From contig CAVURN010000003.1 of assembly GCA_963743915.1 (NCBI GenBank), positions 192,001-256,000 on the forward strand: a stretch of DNA of 64,000 bases, read 5' to 3'. Positions 8,672 to 19,753 of the stretch are shown here, in pieces; the stretch's first letter is position 1, and each line of letters opens with the position of its first letter. This DNA is from an uncultured Actinomycetota bacterium. GTDB lineage: Bacteria > Actinomycetota > Actinomycetes > JAHEKZ01. A program made the position numbers and the translations under genes. The notes beneath the pieces were generated by a model. It was not told where the DNA came from and searched no databases. It saw nothing but the letters and a program-made list of their open reading frames with translations.

Positions 8672-11663
8672 ATGACCGCCCTGATGCATCGCGTAGGTCG
8701 CATCTGTGCGGACAACGCCCTGGTGGTCGTCATCCTTTGGGTGCTCGTCGCGATCAGCCTCACCATCGCCATCCGCGTCTTCGGCGCGCAGACCGACAAC
8801 GACCTCTCCCTGCCGGGCACCGGCAGCCAGGACGCCACCGACGTCCTGGCTCAGCGCTTCCCGCCCCAGCAGAACGGCACCAGCCCCATCGTCTTCTACA
8901 CGCCCGACGGGAAGCTGACCGACAAGCAGCACAAGCCGGCGATGAAGGACGCCGTGGCCGCCCTCAAGAAGGCACCGGACGTCTACAGCGTCATCAGCCC
9001 CGTCTCCAGCAAGGGTCAGACAGCCGGACTGATCTCGAAGGACGAGGCCACCGGCTACGCACCGGTGCTGCTCACCATCGACTCCGGTCTGGTGGACGAG
9101 GACCTCGCGCAACAGATCCTGGACGCCGCGCGCGACCCGGCGTCGAAGGCGGGCATCCAGGTCGAGGCCGGAGGTTCGATCGGCAGCCGGCTGAGCGAGC
9201 CGAAGACCGAGAGCAGCGAGGTCGTCGGCCTGACAGCAGCGATGGTCATCCTCACCCTGGTGCTCGGGAGTCTCGTGGCGATGGGGCTGCCCATCCTGGT
9301 GGCGGTGTTCTCACTGTCGGCGGCGCTGTCGGTGATCGGGCTGCTCGGGCACCTCTTCGGGATCCCCAGCATCGCCCCGACGGTGGCGACGATGATCGGC
9401 CTCGGTGTCGGCATCGACTACGCGCTCTTCATGGTCACCCGCCACAAGGATCAGCTCGCGCGGGGAATGGGGATCAGAGAGTCGGTCGCCGAAGCGGTCG
9501 CGACGTCGGGAAGTGCGATCGTCTTCGCCGGCAGCACGGTGATCATCGCGTTGACTGCCCTCGTGCTGGCGGACATTCCCCTGGTCACCTCGATCGGTCT
9601 GGCCGCGGCTGTCGCGGTCCTCATCGCTGTCCTCGGCGCGACCACGCTGCTCCCCGCGGGCCTGTCCTTGGTCGGGAACGGCATCCACCGTCTCGCCGTC
9701 CCGTCCTTCCTGCAGCGACGCGAGGCGTCCTCGACCGGTGGCTTCTGGGGCGGCTGGGCGCGCGCCGATCACCGGACACCCCTGGATCGCACTCGTGGGA
9801 TCGGTCGCCCTGCTGGTGCCGCTGATCATCCCGGTCTTCTCGCTGGAGCTGGGCCAGGAGGACATCTCGGTGGCACCCACCTCGACGACGGAGCGTCGGG
9901 CGTACGACCTGACCACCGCTGGACTCGGTGTCGGGTACAACGGCCCGCTGCTCGTCGCGTCGACCCTCGACCCGGTGGCAACCCCAAGTGACAAGTACCA
10001 GAACCAGTACGACGAGGCCACGTCGCTGCAGAAGGAGCTCGAGCGGGAGAAGAAGTCACTCACCCAGCAGCAGAAGCAGCTCGAGGCGCAGCAGGCCGAG
10101 CTCGAGCAGCAGCAGGCAGAGCTCGAGGTCGAGGCCGCTGACCTGCAGACGCAGCAGGACGAGCTGCTCGCGGAGCAGAGCGCTCTGGAGTCGGAGAAGT
10201 CACAGCTGCAGGCCGCGCAGCTCGAGCTCGAGCAGCAGCAGGCCACCCTCGCAGCAGGAGGCACGGACGCTGAGAAGCGACGCCGAGGTGCTGGCAGGAG
10301 AGGCAAAGCGCACCGCGGCCGCCCTGGCAGCGGTGCGCGCTCGCGAGGCGGTCATCCAGGCAGCGGCTCGACGAAACCACCGATCCGAGCAGGATCGCGC
10401 GCCTCGAGCGACGCCTCGAGCGCGTCCAGGTCGCGCGAGCAGGCACTGGTGAGTCGTGCCGAGAGGCTCGAACGTGAAGGGCGTCGGCTCGCGCGGGAGG
10501 GGCGTCGACTCGCCGCCCAGGCGGAGCGGCTGCAGCAGGAGGGCGACGCTCTGCAGGCACAGGCAACGGCACTCAGCGCGCAGGCCGATGCGCTCAGCGC
10601 CCAGGCGTCCGGGCTGCAGAGGCAGGCTGACCAGCTGCAGGCAGAGGGTGACCAGCTCCAGGCGAAGGGCGACGCGCTGCAGGGTCAGGCGGACCAGCTG
10701 AAGGCGGAGCAGCAGAAGGCACAGAAGCAGCAGAAACGCGCCGAGAAGCTGCAGCGCGAGCTGACCAAGGAGCTGACGCAGGCAGGGGGGGACGATCGCG
10801 CGACCGACTCGAGAGTCGTGGCGCTGCAGAACACCCTGCTGGCGACTCCCGGTGTCGTGGCTCTGACGCCGCCGCAGGTGTCGAAGAAGGGCGACGCGCT
10901 GGTCATCAACGCGATACCGGCAACGGCCCCAGCCTCTGACGAGACCGCGGCACTCGTGGGCGAGCTCCGAGACGACGTGCTGCCCACTCTCACCGACGAC
11001 GGTCAGATGGAGTCGTACGTGGGCGGCTACACCGCCAGCTACGTCGACCTCGCGACGAAGATCGCCGACCGGCTGCTACTGGTGGTGCTGGCCGTGCTGA
11101 CGCTGAGCTTCCTGTTGCTGCTCGTCGCCTTCCGCTCGGTGCTGGTGCCGCTGCAGGCGGCCATCATGAACCTGCTGTCGGTCGCGGCGTCATTCGGCGT
11201 ACTCACGGCCGTCTTCCAGTGGGGCTGGGGACTGTCGCTGGTCGGGCTGGACGCGCCCGCGGGAACCGTCCCGATCGCCAGCTACGTCCCGCTGCTCATG
11301 TTCGCGATCCTCTTCGGGCTGTCGATGGACTACGAGGTCTTCCTGGTGAGCCAGATCGTCGCCCACCGTGACCAGGGATCAGCGCCACGTCCGGCCGTTG
11401 CCGAGGGTCTCGCCGGAAGTGCCAAGGTGATCAGCGCCGCCGCCCTCATCATGTTCTGTGTCTTCGGCAGCTTCATCCTGAACGGTGACCCGACCGTCAA
11501 ACAGTTCGGCGTCGGCTTGTCCGTCGCCGTCTTCCTGGCCGGGACGCTGGTGCTGATCCTCGCTCCGGCACTGCTGTACCTGTTCGGCGACCACACCTGG
11601 CGCCTGCCGCGCTGGATGGAGCGCCTGCTGCCCGACATCGGACTGAAGGAGGGCCCTCCGTGA
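8672..11663 (+). CDS. MMPL/RND family transporter with a long coiled-coil insertion (frameshift near 9765; three compensating indels at 10250-10430)
   Basis: GLGVGIDYALF, GSAIVFAGSTV, FGLSMDYEVFL and VISAAALIM signatures. Split over ORFs 8672..9991 and 9738..11663. Confidence 0.85.
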
Positions 11664-11690
11664 CCGTCGACTTGAACGCGGGCGCCGACG

Positions 11691-12524
11691 TCACGGCAGG
11701 CGAGGGACGAGCGGGGCCAGCACGTCCTGACCCTCCTGCACGATCCCGTAGTGCGACTCCGGCACCTCGATCCATGCGCCGCTGAGGTCCGACAGCGGTT
11801 CGGAGACGATGATGCGCGTCTCGTCGGAGACGTCACGCAGGACCTCCAGCTCGGGATGCAGCTCACGGACCGTCGCGACCAGGGCGCTGTAGAAGAGCGT
11901 GCGCGACTGTCCCTCACTCGAGTAGCGGAAGGCCCAGACGCGAACCCCGTCGGTGGTCACCACCGTCATCTGGATCGGCAGCTCGACGCCGTGGGCGCGT
12001 CCCACCTGCTCGACGTAGCCGATCATCCGCTCCACCGCGGTGACCGGATCCTGCTGCAGCCCGAAGCTGAGCGCCAGGTGGAAGAGCACCTCGGAGTCCG
12101 TGGAACCGACGATCGCCGGGTAGAGGCTGGCATCCACCGCCATCACGAGGTCACGCTTGACCTTCGCGAACTCGCGCACCGCCCCGTTGTGCGCCCACAG
12201 CCAGTTCTCGTGCCGGAACGGGTGGCAGTTGGTCTGCTGGACGGGGGTGCCGGTCGTCGCGCGCACGTGTGCGATGAAGAGCGGCGAGTGGATGTGCCGG
12301 GCCATCTCCTCCAGATTCGCGTCGGCCCATGCGGGTTGGACGCTCCGGAACAACCCGGGCACTGGGTCACCCGGGGCGTACCACCCCACCCCGAAGCCAT
12401 CGGCATTGAGCGCGGTCGCCCCCATCGCCGACTCGCGGCTCTGGTGGATGAGCGAGTTCGCCGGCTTCGAGACGAGGTACTCGATGGGCAGGGTCGATCC
12501 GGAGTACGCCAACCACCGACACAT
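11691..12524 (-). CDS. Class II glutamine amidotransferase (EgtC/YafJ-like Ntn hydrolase)
   Basis: N-terminal MCRWLAY (catalytic Cys2), DGFGVGWY, HVRATT, NCHPF, HNG, GSTDSE. Confidence 0.9.
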   Translation of the reverse strand: MCRWLAYSGSTLPIEYLVSKPANSLIHQSRESAMGATALNADGFGVGWYAPGDPVPGLFRSVQPAWADANLEEMARHIHSPLFIAHVRATTGTPVQQTNCHPFRHENWLWAHNGAVREFAKVKRDLVMAVDASLYPAIVGSTDSEVLFHLALSFGLQQDPVTAVERMIGYVEQVGRAHGVELPIQMTVVTTDGVRVWAFRYSSEGQSRTLFYSALVATVRELHPELEVLRDVSDETRIIVSEPLSDLSGAWIEVPESHYGIVQEGQDVLAPLVPRLP

Positions 12525-12551
12525 GCGTGACCTCCTCGCTCGGGACCAGCG

Positions 12552-13349
12552 TCACGTCTCCGTCGGGGCGACGGCCAGGGTCGGACGACCCTCGGACATC
12601 GTCATGAGCGCCGCCACGAGGAAGCAGACCGCACCGAGGAAGGTTCCACCGTTGGCGAGCGTCGCGTCGAGCATGGTCCCGGTGTCCGTGACGTAGGCCC
12701 CGACGGCAGAGACTCCGAAGAACACCGACCCCCACAGGTTCAGCGCGGTCACGTGCCAGTCGCGGTGCCGGGGACGCCACGACCACCACCGATGCCCCGC
12801 CTCGGCGAACGCGATCGCCGACGCCACCAGGAAGCAGGCCGAGCCGATCACGTCCGGACGCCAGATCACCCGGTTCACGAGGTCCTCGGGGACGGAGAAG
12901 AGGGACAGGAACGTCATCACGTTGAAGTAGAGCGTGCCGACCAGCTGGATCGCCGTCGCCCAGAAGCCCATCGCGTGCGGCGTCCATCCGAACCAACGGT
13001 GGCCGGACTCCCGCACCACCTGCAGGTAGGACAGGTAGGCGGCCGTGGTGAAGAACAACGAGCCGACGAAGTACGTCAGCGCCGTCGCCTCGCCACCGAC
13101 GGCGGACGCGTAGGCGGGGATCGGTCCCAGCACGAAACAGGTTGAGCCGATCGCGAACAACAGGCCGATCCACCAGGTCAGTCCGCGGTGCGAGACATCG
13201 GCCGCCTTGCGGTGCTGTCTGGCCTGCCACCGCACGACGCTTCCGTCAGGCAGCGAGTACCGGACCTCGGTGACGAAGGGACGCGGTCCCCGGACGACGA
13301 CGTCCGTCGCGTCGTCCGGGACGTCGACCGGCAGCCGAGCGGGTCGCAC
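12552..13349 (-). CDS. YrhK-like multi-pass membrane protein
   Basis: About 6 TMs with repeated F-x-x-GS-x-x-F motifs (FAIGSTCF, YFVGSLFF, DVIGSACF, NLWGSVFF). Confidence 0.65.
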   Translation of the reverse strand: MRPARLPVDVPDDATDVVVRGPRPFVTEVRYSLPDGSVVRWQARQHRKAADVSHRGLTWWIGLLFAIGSTCFVLGPIPAYASAVGGEATALTYFVGSLFFTTAAYLSYLQVVRESGHRWFGWTPHAMGFWATAIQLVGTLYFNVMTFLSLFSVPEDLVNRVIWRPDVIGSACFLVASAIAFAEAGHRWWSWRPRHRDWHVTALNLWGSVFFGVSAVGAYVTDTGTMLDATLANGGTFLGAVCFLVAALMTMSEGRPTLAVAPTET

Positions 13350-13351
13350 GC

Positions 13352-14746
13352 TCAGTGGCGGAACGACTCGGTGTGATCAGGGTCGTGGGGCAGCTTGGCC
13401 GGGAGATTCTCGAGAAACTCGGTGGTCCGGCGCAGGTCGTCGAGGAAGAGATCGGCCAGGTCGCGGCCGAAACCGTTGCGCACGACGACACGCAGCCCGG
13501 AGAGGTCGGTGAGGTTGTCCGGAAGCGAGTAGGCGGGAACCTGCCATCCGCGCTCACGCAGCTTGGCCGACACGTCGTACACCGTGTAGTTGGTGACGTC
13601 AGGCTTGAGCCGGAAGAAGAACACGGGTAGCTCCGAGCCGTCCGAGAGCAGCTCGTACGGACCGATCTGAGCAACGGCCGCCGACAGGTACATCGCCGTG
13701 TCACGACACGCCTGCTGCACCTCGCGGTATCCCTCCCGGCCGAGCCGGATCAGGTTGTAGTACTGCGCGATGACCTGCGCGCCAGGACGGGAAAAGTTCA
13801 GCGCGAACGTCGGCATGTCGCCACCGAGGTAGTTCACGTGGAACACGAGGTCCTCGGGAAGGTCCTCGGGCGTGCGCCAGATGACCCACCCGACACCCGG
13901 GTAGACCAGGCCGAACTTGTGACCGGATGCGTTGATCGACCGCACCCGCGGGACCCGGAAGTCCCAAGGAAGATCTGGATCGATGAAGGGTGCGACGAAA
14001 CCGCCGGAGGCTGCGTCGACGTGCACCGGGATGTCCGGGCCACCGGACGCCGCCAGTGCGTCGAGCGCGTCCGCGATCTCCTTCACCGGTTCGTACGAGC
14101 CGTCGAAGGTCGACCCGAGGATGGCGACCACCCCGATGGTGTTCTCGTCGCAGAGCTTGAGTGCCTCCTCGGCGTTGAGCTGGAGTCGACCCTCCTCGAT
14201 CGGGGCGTACCGGGGCTCGACGTCCCAGTAACGGCAGAACTTCTCCCAGACCACCTGGACGTTGATCCCCATGACGAGGTTCGGGCGGTCCGTCGACAGT
14301 CCGGCCGCCTCACGGCGCTGCCGCCACCGCCACTTCAGAGCCAAGCCCCCGAGCATCACCGCTTCGCTCGACCCGGTGGTGGAGGTGCCGGTGGCCTGCG
14401 CGTCGCCCGGCGCGTTCCACAGCGCGGAGATGATGCTGACGCAGCGACCTTCGATCGCGGCCGTCTGTGGGTACTCGTCCTTGTCGATCATGTTCTTGTC
14501 GGAGGACTCGGCCATCAGCCGGTCGGCTTCCTCGTCCATGAACGTGGTGACGAAGGTGGCCAGGTTCTGCCGGGCGTTCCCGTCGAGCATCAGCTCGTCG
14601 TGGATCAGCCGGTAGGCCACCTTGGGGTCGAGTCCCTCAGGAGGCAGCGCGTCCTTGGGGATGCCATTGAGCTCGCCGGGCCGTGCGTACACCGGGGCGA
14701 TCGCCAGCCGTTCGAGCTCGAGAATCTCGTTGCGGTGCAGAGCCAT
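13352..14746 (-). CDS. gadB: Glutamate decarboxylase (PLP-dependent)
   Basis: NLATFVTT, NMIDKDEYPQTA, TGSSEA, HVDAASGGF, SGHKFG (PLP Lys), C-terminal His. TAGGTT -10 lies 6 nt before the ATG. Confidence 0.95.
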   Translation of the reverse strand: MALHRNEILELERLAIAPVYARPGELNGIPKDALPPEGLDPKVAYRLIHDELMLDGNARQNLATFVTTFMDEEADRLMAESSDKNMIDKDEYPQTAAIEGRCVSIISALWNAPGDAQATGTSTTGSSEAVMLGGLALKWRWRQRREAAGLSTDRPNLVMGINVQVVWEKFCRYWDVEPRYAPIEEGRLQLNAEEALKLCDENTIGVVAILGSTFDGSYEPVKEIADALDALAASGGPDIPVHVDAASGGFVAPFIDPDLPWDFRVPRVRSINASGHKFGLVYPGVGWVIWRTPEDLPEDLVFHVNYLGGDMPTFALNFSRPGAQVIAQYYNLIRLGREGYREVQQACRDTAMYLSAAVAQIGPYELLSDGSELPVFFFRLKPDVTNYTVYDVSAKLRERGWQVPAYSLPDNLTDLSGLRVVVRNGFGRDLADLFLDDLRRTTEFLENLPAKLPHDPDHTESFRH

Positions 14747-14806
14747 GGCGTCAACCTAGGCCCGCGCGGCCCTCGGGTCCATCGTCCCGATCGGACCATT
14801 CACGGG

Positions 14807-15478
14807 CTATGCCTGGGGGACCAGCGCCAGTACGCGAGCCGGGAACCCAGAGGCACCGGAGATCCTGGGCACGCCCACCACCGCCCAGGCACCCACCGGA
14901 GGCACCTCCGCGAGGTTCGTCAGGTTCTCGACGTGCCAGACGCCGCGGGGCAGCGTGACGTCCCGGTGGACGCTGAAGTCGGCGACCTGGCCAGGGTCGA
15001 TCCCGAGGGTGTCGATCCCCAGTCCCACCACACCCCGCTCGACGAGCAGGGTGGCCGCGTCGACCCCGAAACCCGGGAAGCGCAGCACGTCCGTGCCCGG
15101 GTCGGGCCAGTCGGTGCGCAGGAACACCACGGAGCCTTCCTCGACCCGACCGTGCCTCTGCTCGTGGGCCGCCACCTCGGCCGCCGAAAGCGCGGCGTCC
15201 GGGTCCTCGTGGGCCCTGTCGCAGAAGTCGATCACCTGAAGCGGCCGGACCAGGTGCTCCGCGGGAACGTCGGCGACGCTCCACGCACCGTCCACGAAGT
15301 GGCTCGGCGCATCGAAGTGTGTCCCGCTGTGCTCGTCGAGCGTCAGTCGTCTGGTGAAGGAGCCGTCATGCTCGATGGTCTCGATCGACTCGACGACCAG
15401 CGGTGGCGTACCTGGCCAGAGCAGGGTCGAGTCGTCGAGTGGACGCGTCAGGTCGATCACCCGCAGGGACAGTGCCAT
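14807..15478 (-). CDS. Cyclase family metal hydrolase (kynurenine formamidase-like)
   Basis: HSGTHFDAPSHF motif, GIDTLGID, ENLTNL, PARVLA. Confidence 0.9.
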   Translation of the reverse strand: MALSLRVIDLTRPLDDSTLLWPGTPPLVVESIETIEHDGSFTRRLTLDEHSGTHFDAPSHFVDGAWSVADVPAEHLVRPLQVIDFCDRAHEDPDAALSAAEVAAHEQRHGRVEEGSVVFLRTDWPDPGTDVLRFPGFGVDAATLLVERGVVGLGIDTLGIDPGQVADFSVHRDVTLPRGVWHVENLTNLAEVPPVGAWAVVGVPRISGASGFPARVLALVPQA

Positions 15479-15629
15479 GAGCACAGTGTGGTGGCGTGCC
15501 CGCGATGTGTCATCGGCGTCGCCGGCCTCCAAACACCGAGCCAGGCGCGTGCGCCTGCTTGCCTCCGCTTTCGATGCCGTCAAGACTCGAGCCACATCCC
15601 GGGGACGCCTCGGGACTGGAGGGGGACCA

Positions 15630-18219
15630 ATGCGCGCGTACCTGGCTCGGGTGGCCCTGCTCGGCATGGTCGCCGGTACCGCCCTGCTGTCGGTCGGATT
15701 CCCGGCGGACGCCGAACCACAGCTGGTGTCCGAGCTGACCTTCAGCCCGGACGACCCCGCTTTCGACCCCTACGGCACGGGCACCGCGGTGCTCGGTGAC
15801 GTGGGTGTGGCTCCGGAAGGGTGGCTCGACTTCTTCGGACGCAGCGTGGTCCAGACGCCCGACCGCCCGTCACTCAATCCTGGGACGGCCGACTTCTCCT
15901 TCGGAGCCCGCATCGCACTCACCCGCGGCGTGGGCGACTGGAACGTCATGCAGAAGGGGTTCTTCAAGGACCGTCAGTGGAAGCTGTCGATCCACGCCCG
16001 CAACGGGGCAGCACAGCTCAGCTGCCGCGTCTCCGGGTCTTCGGGGGTCGTGCACGTCTTCACCGACGGAGCGGTGATCACCGACGACGAATGGCACCAA
16101 GCGGTCTGCGCCCGGGTGGGGGACGAGGTCCAGGTGCGGGTCGACGGCGCCATCGTCGCCCGGGGCACCGGCGCCATCGGCTCCGTGGCCACCACCAAGC
16201 CCTACCTGATCGGTTCCAAGGGGATCGGTGACCTTGCCGACCCTGACCAGTACTTGGGGCTGCTCGACGACGCCTTCGTCATCGTCGACGACCAGGACGT
16301 CACCAGCGAACCGGCCCCGGACGGTGACGCCGTCACCGCAACGGTCGAGACCGACCCCGTGCTGCACGCCGGCGATGCAGCCGACGACCCCGCCATCTGG
16401 CCACATCCGACTGATCCTTCCCAGTCGCTGGTGATCGGAAACGACAAAGGTGGGGCGCTGGACGTCTACGACATGCAAGGCCGCCTCGTCCAGCGCATCG
16501 AGGAGGGGTTCTTCGGCAACGTCGACGTGCGCACCGCCGTGACCACCGGGACGACCACGCGTGACATCGCGGCCGTGTACCGCTCCGGGCTGCGGCTGTA
16601 TGCCATCGATCCGGAGAGTCGACGACTCACGAACGCGACGGACTCGTCGACCGGCAGCGTTCCCGTCCCCACGGGGGGTGAAGGCTTGTGTCTCTATCAG
16701 AGCCCCCGGTCGGGGAGCACGTACGCCTTCGTCATCAGTCGCGGCGGCACGATCGCCCAGTACGAGCTCACCGATGCCGACGCCGACGGCCTGGTCGATG
16801 CCACGCGCGTCCGACAGTGGTCGCTCGGCTCCGAGGCGGAGGGGTGCGTCGCTGACGACGAACTCGGCCGGCTGTACGTCGCCGAGGAGGATGTGGCCAT
16901 CTGGCGCTACGGCGCCGAACCGGCGGACGGGACCACGACCGACGATCGTCTCGCCGTCGACCGCGTGACGAGTGCGGGCGGGCGCCTGGCTCCCGACATC
17001 GAGGGCCTCACCCTGACGGACAGCGGGGCAGGTGAGGGGTACCTCATCGCCTCGTCCCAGGCAGCCTCGAACTCATCGAACTTCTTCGCTCTCTACGACC
17101 GCGCAGGTGACAACGCGTTCGTGCGGACGTTCCAGGTCGAGTCCGGAGCCGAGACCGACGGGTGCGGCCGCACCGATGGCGTCGCCGCCTGGGCCGGAAG
17201 CCTCGGCCCGGCCTTCCCCGACGGGGCCTTCGTGTGCCAGGACAACCTCAACACCGCTCCCGGTTCCTCGGGGAACCAGAACTTCAAGATCGTGCCGTTG
17301 CAGCGCATCGTGGCCCCCGAGCCGAGGGTCAACCGACCCCCGTCGGCGGTGCTCGACGTGGTGGACTGCGCAGGGCTGTCCTGCACGTTCGATGCGTCGC
17401 GGTCATCCGACCCTGACGGGGATGCACTCGCCTACTCGTGGGAGCTCGGAGACGGCACCGGCGCGGCCGGCCCCCGCGTGACGCACGAGTTCGCCGCTGC
17501 GGGGACCTATGACGTCGTCCTCAGCGTCACGGACGTCCAAGGGGCCAGCGACGTCCGGCAGCAGACCGTCGATGTGGCTCCGCTCCCGGATCCGACGATC
17601 GAGTTCCGGGCTGCTGTGGGAGTGGGTACGAACGCGAGCAACGTGTCACCGCGCATCCCGACGACGGTGAATGCCGGAGATGCGCTTCTCCTCGCGGTCA
17701 CGGCCAACCGAGCCGATGCGACCCTCCAGCCACCTGTCGGTTGGCGAACCCTCGGACGGCAGATCGACGAGACGATGCAGACCCAGCTCTGGATGAAGGT
17801 CGCCGAGACCGGTGATGCGGGGGCGACCGTGCAGGTGACCTCGAGCCGGCGTGCCAAGCTGGCCGCGCAGATAGCGGCGTACGGGGGAACACACCCCGTC
17901 GACCCCGTGGCGGCGGTGCTCTCGGCGAGCGAGACCGGTACGAGTGCAGTTCACACCACACCCACGGCTGCCACCGACCGGACCTCCTGGATCGTGTCCC
18001 TGTGGTCGAACAAGTCGTCGGCCACCACCGGCTGGCAGGCCCCGACCGAGGTGACCGCACGCCAGTACCAGGGGACCTCAGGAACCGGCCGGGTCACCGC
18101 CCTGCTGGCAGACTCCGGGTCACCGATCAACGCCACGTCCGCCGGCGGACTCGGGGCGACCGCCTCCCAGTCCGGCTCCATGGCGACGATGTGGACCGAT
18201 CGTGCTGACACCCGCATAG
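15630..18219 (+). CDS. Secreted beta-propeller phytase with LamG-like N-terminal domain, PKD domain and C-terminal beta-rich domain
   Basis: Signal peptide; ADDPAIW, GNVDVR, EGLCLY, EGCVADD, DIEGL; PKD FDASRSSDPDG...WELGDG. The natural stop (WTIVLTPA*) at 18217-18219 needs one indel near 18197. Confidence 0.85.
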
Positions 18220-18235
18220 TCCGGAGGGGGCACCG

Positions 18236-19717
18236 ATGCCGACCCACGACGCCGTCCTGCGTGGTGCCCGCACGTTGGACCCGGAGACGGCACTCGACGC
18301 CGTCTGCGACGTCGCAGTCACGGACGGACGGATCAGCGCGGTGGCCGTCGGCGGCGACCCGGCCCTGGAGGGGCAGGTCGACCTCTCGGTGGCCGACCAC
18401 GTCCTCGCCCCCGGGTTCATCGATCTGCACAGCCACTGCCGCGACCTTCCTTCGCGCTGGCTCCAGGTCTGCGACGGCGTCACGACCGCTCTCGAGCTCG
18501 AGGCCGGTGAGCTCGACGTCGCTCGCGTCTACCAAGAGTGCGCCGAGGAGGGTCAGCCGAACCACTACGGGTTCTCGGCGTCCTGGGCCCTCGCCCGGAT
18601 GGCCGCCTGCGGACTGGACGTCACGACTGGTGGAGACGACGCCTTCTTCGAGCACATCGATGCCCCTGCCTGGCACCGCACGATGTCACTGGACCAACGC
18701 CGCCGCATGCTGGACGCACTGCACAGCGACCTGGCAGAGGGTGCGCTCGGCATCGGGATCCTGCTGGGTTACTGCGTGGAGTCGGAGGCCGCCGAGTACT
18801 TCGACGTCGCGGCACTCGCCGGGCGGCTCGGCGTTCCGACCTTCACGCACGTCCGTGAGCTCGACCGGCCGGACGGCGGTCTCATGGGGGCGGCGGAGGT
18901 CGTCACAGCCGCACTCGCCACCGGCGCGCACATGCATCTCTGTCACATCAACAGCACGTCGCTGCGCGAGGTCGATCGGGCTCACTCCCTGCTCGACCGG
19001 GCTCGTCAGCAGGGTCTGCGCGTGACGTCCGAGGCCTACCCCTACGGAGCCGGGTGCACGGGTATCGGTGCGGGTTTCCTCGACCCTGCATTCCTCTCGC
19101 ACCTCGGCCTCACGTCGATCGACATCCGGGTGCTGTCCACCGGGGAACGACCGGCGTCCGACGCACGACTGGCCGAGCTGCGTGCCGCCGACCCGGGCGC
19201 ACTCGTCGTGATCGATCTGCTGCGCGAGGGGGACCCGGACGACCTCGGATTCCTCACTCGAGCCCTGCTGGCCGACGACACTGCCGTGGCATCGGACGCG
19301 ATGCCGCTCGTCTCTGCATCGGGGTCACCACAAGACCTGCGCTGGCCCGAGCTGAACGGCGCGATGACCCACCCCCGCACCGCGGGCACCTTCAGCCGGG
19401 TCATGAGGTGGTACGTCCGCGAGCTCGGCGTCCTGTCGCTCACCGAGGCCGTTCGCCGGTGCACCCTGGTGCCGGCCGACATCCTGCGCGACGTGGCTCC
19501 GGCCATGGCACGCAAGGGCCGGGTCCAGGTGGGAGCCGACGCCGACCTGGTCGTCTTCGATCCGGACACCATCACCGACCGTGCCACGTACGAAGACCCC
19601 ACTCGCACGTCGGAGGGCATCCGCCACGTCCTCGTCGGAGGTGCGTTCGTCGTGCGCGACGGAGTGCTCGACACCGCTGTCCGACCGGGTCGTCCGGTAC
19701 GCGGAGCCGTCACCTGA
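18236..19717 (+). CDS. Amidohydrolase (D-aminoacylase/D-glutamate deacylase-like)
   Basis: PGFIDLHSH, GVTTALELE, HPRTAGTF, GADADLVVFDP. Confidence 0.9.
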   Translation: MPTHDAVLRGARTLDPETALDAVCDVAVTDGRISAVAVGGDPALEGQVDLSVADHVLAPGFIDLHSHCRDLPSRWLQVCDGVTTALELEAGELDVARVYQECAEEGQPNHYGFSASWALARMAACGLDVTTGGDDAFFEHIDAPAWHRTMSLDQRRRMLDALHSDLAEGALGIGILLGYCVESEAAEYFDVAALAGRLGVPTFTHVRELDRPDGGLMGAAEVVTAALATGAHMHLCHINSTSLREVDRAHSLLDRARQQGLRVTSEAYPYGAGCTGIGAGFLDPAFLSHLGLTSIDIRVLSTGERPASDARLAELRAADPGALVVIDLLREGDPDDLGFLTRALLADDTAVASDAMPLVSASGSPQDLRWPELNGAMTHPRTAGTFSRVMRWYVRELGVLSLTEAVRRCTLVPADILRDVAPAMARKGRVQVGADADLVVFDPDTITDRATYEDPTRTSEGIRHVLVGGAFVVRDGVLDTAVRPGRPVRGAVT

Positions 19718-19753
19718 GGACCACGGGTGCGCCACCAGCGGCGACCGGTGCGT

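Noticed and set aside
10040-10760. CAG-rich DNA tandem repeat or contingency locus
   Set aside because: The periodicity reflects heptad coiled-coil coding with synonymous variation, not an exact nucleotide repeat.
11691-12524. egtC of ergothioneine biosynthesis
   Set aside because: No egtA, egtB or egtD nearby; only the family-level call is supported.
13838-15799. Long antisense ORFs (also 25712..27520, 40603..42039, 41738..43414, 62369..63682)
   Set aside because: Shadow ORFs opposite well-supported genes, expected in high-GC DNA; no motifs.
15354-19025. 1223-aa phytase ORF extending over the amidohydrolase
   Set aside because: The tail is out-of-frame read-through caused by one extra base near 18197; the real start is ~15630 and the real stop ~18219.
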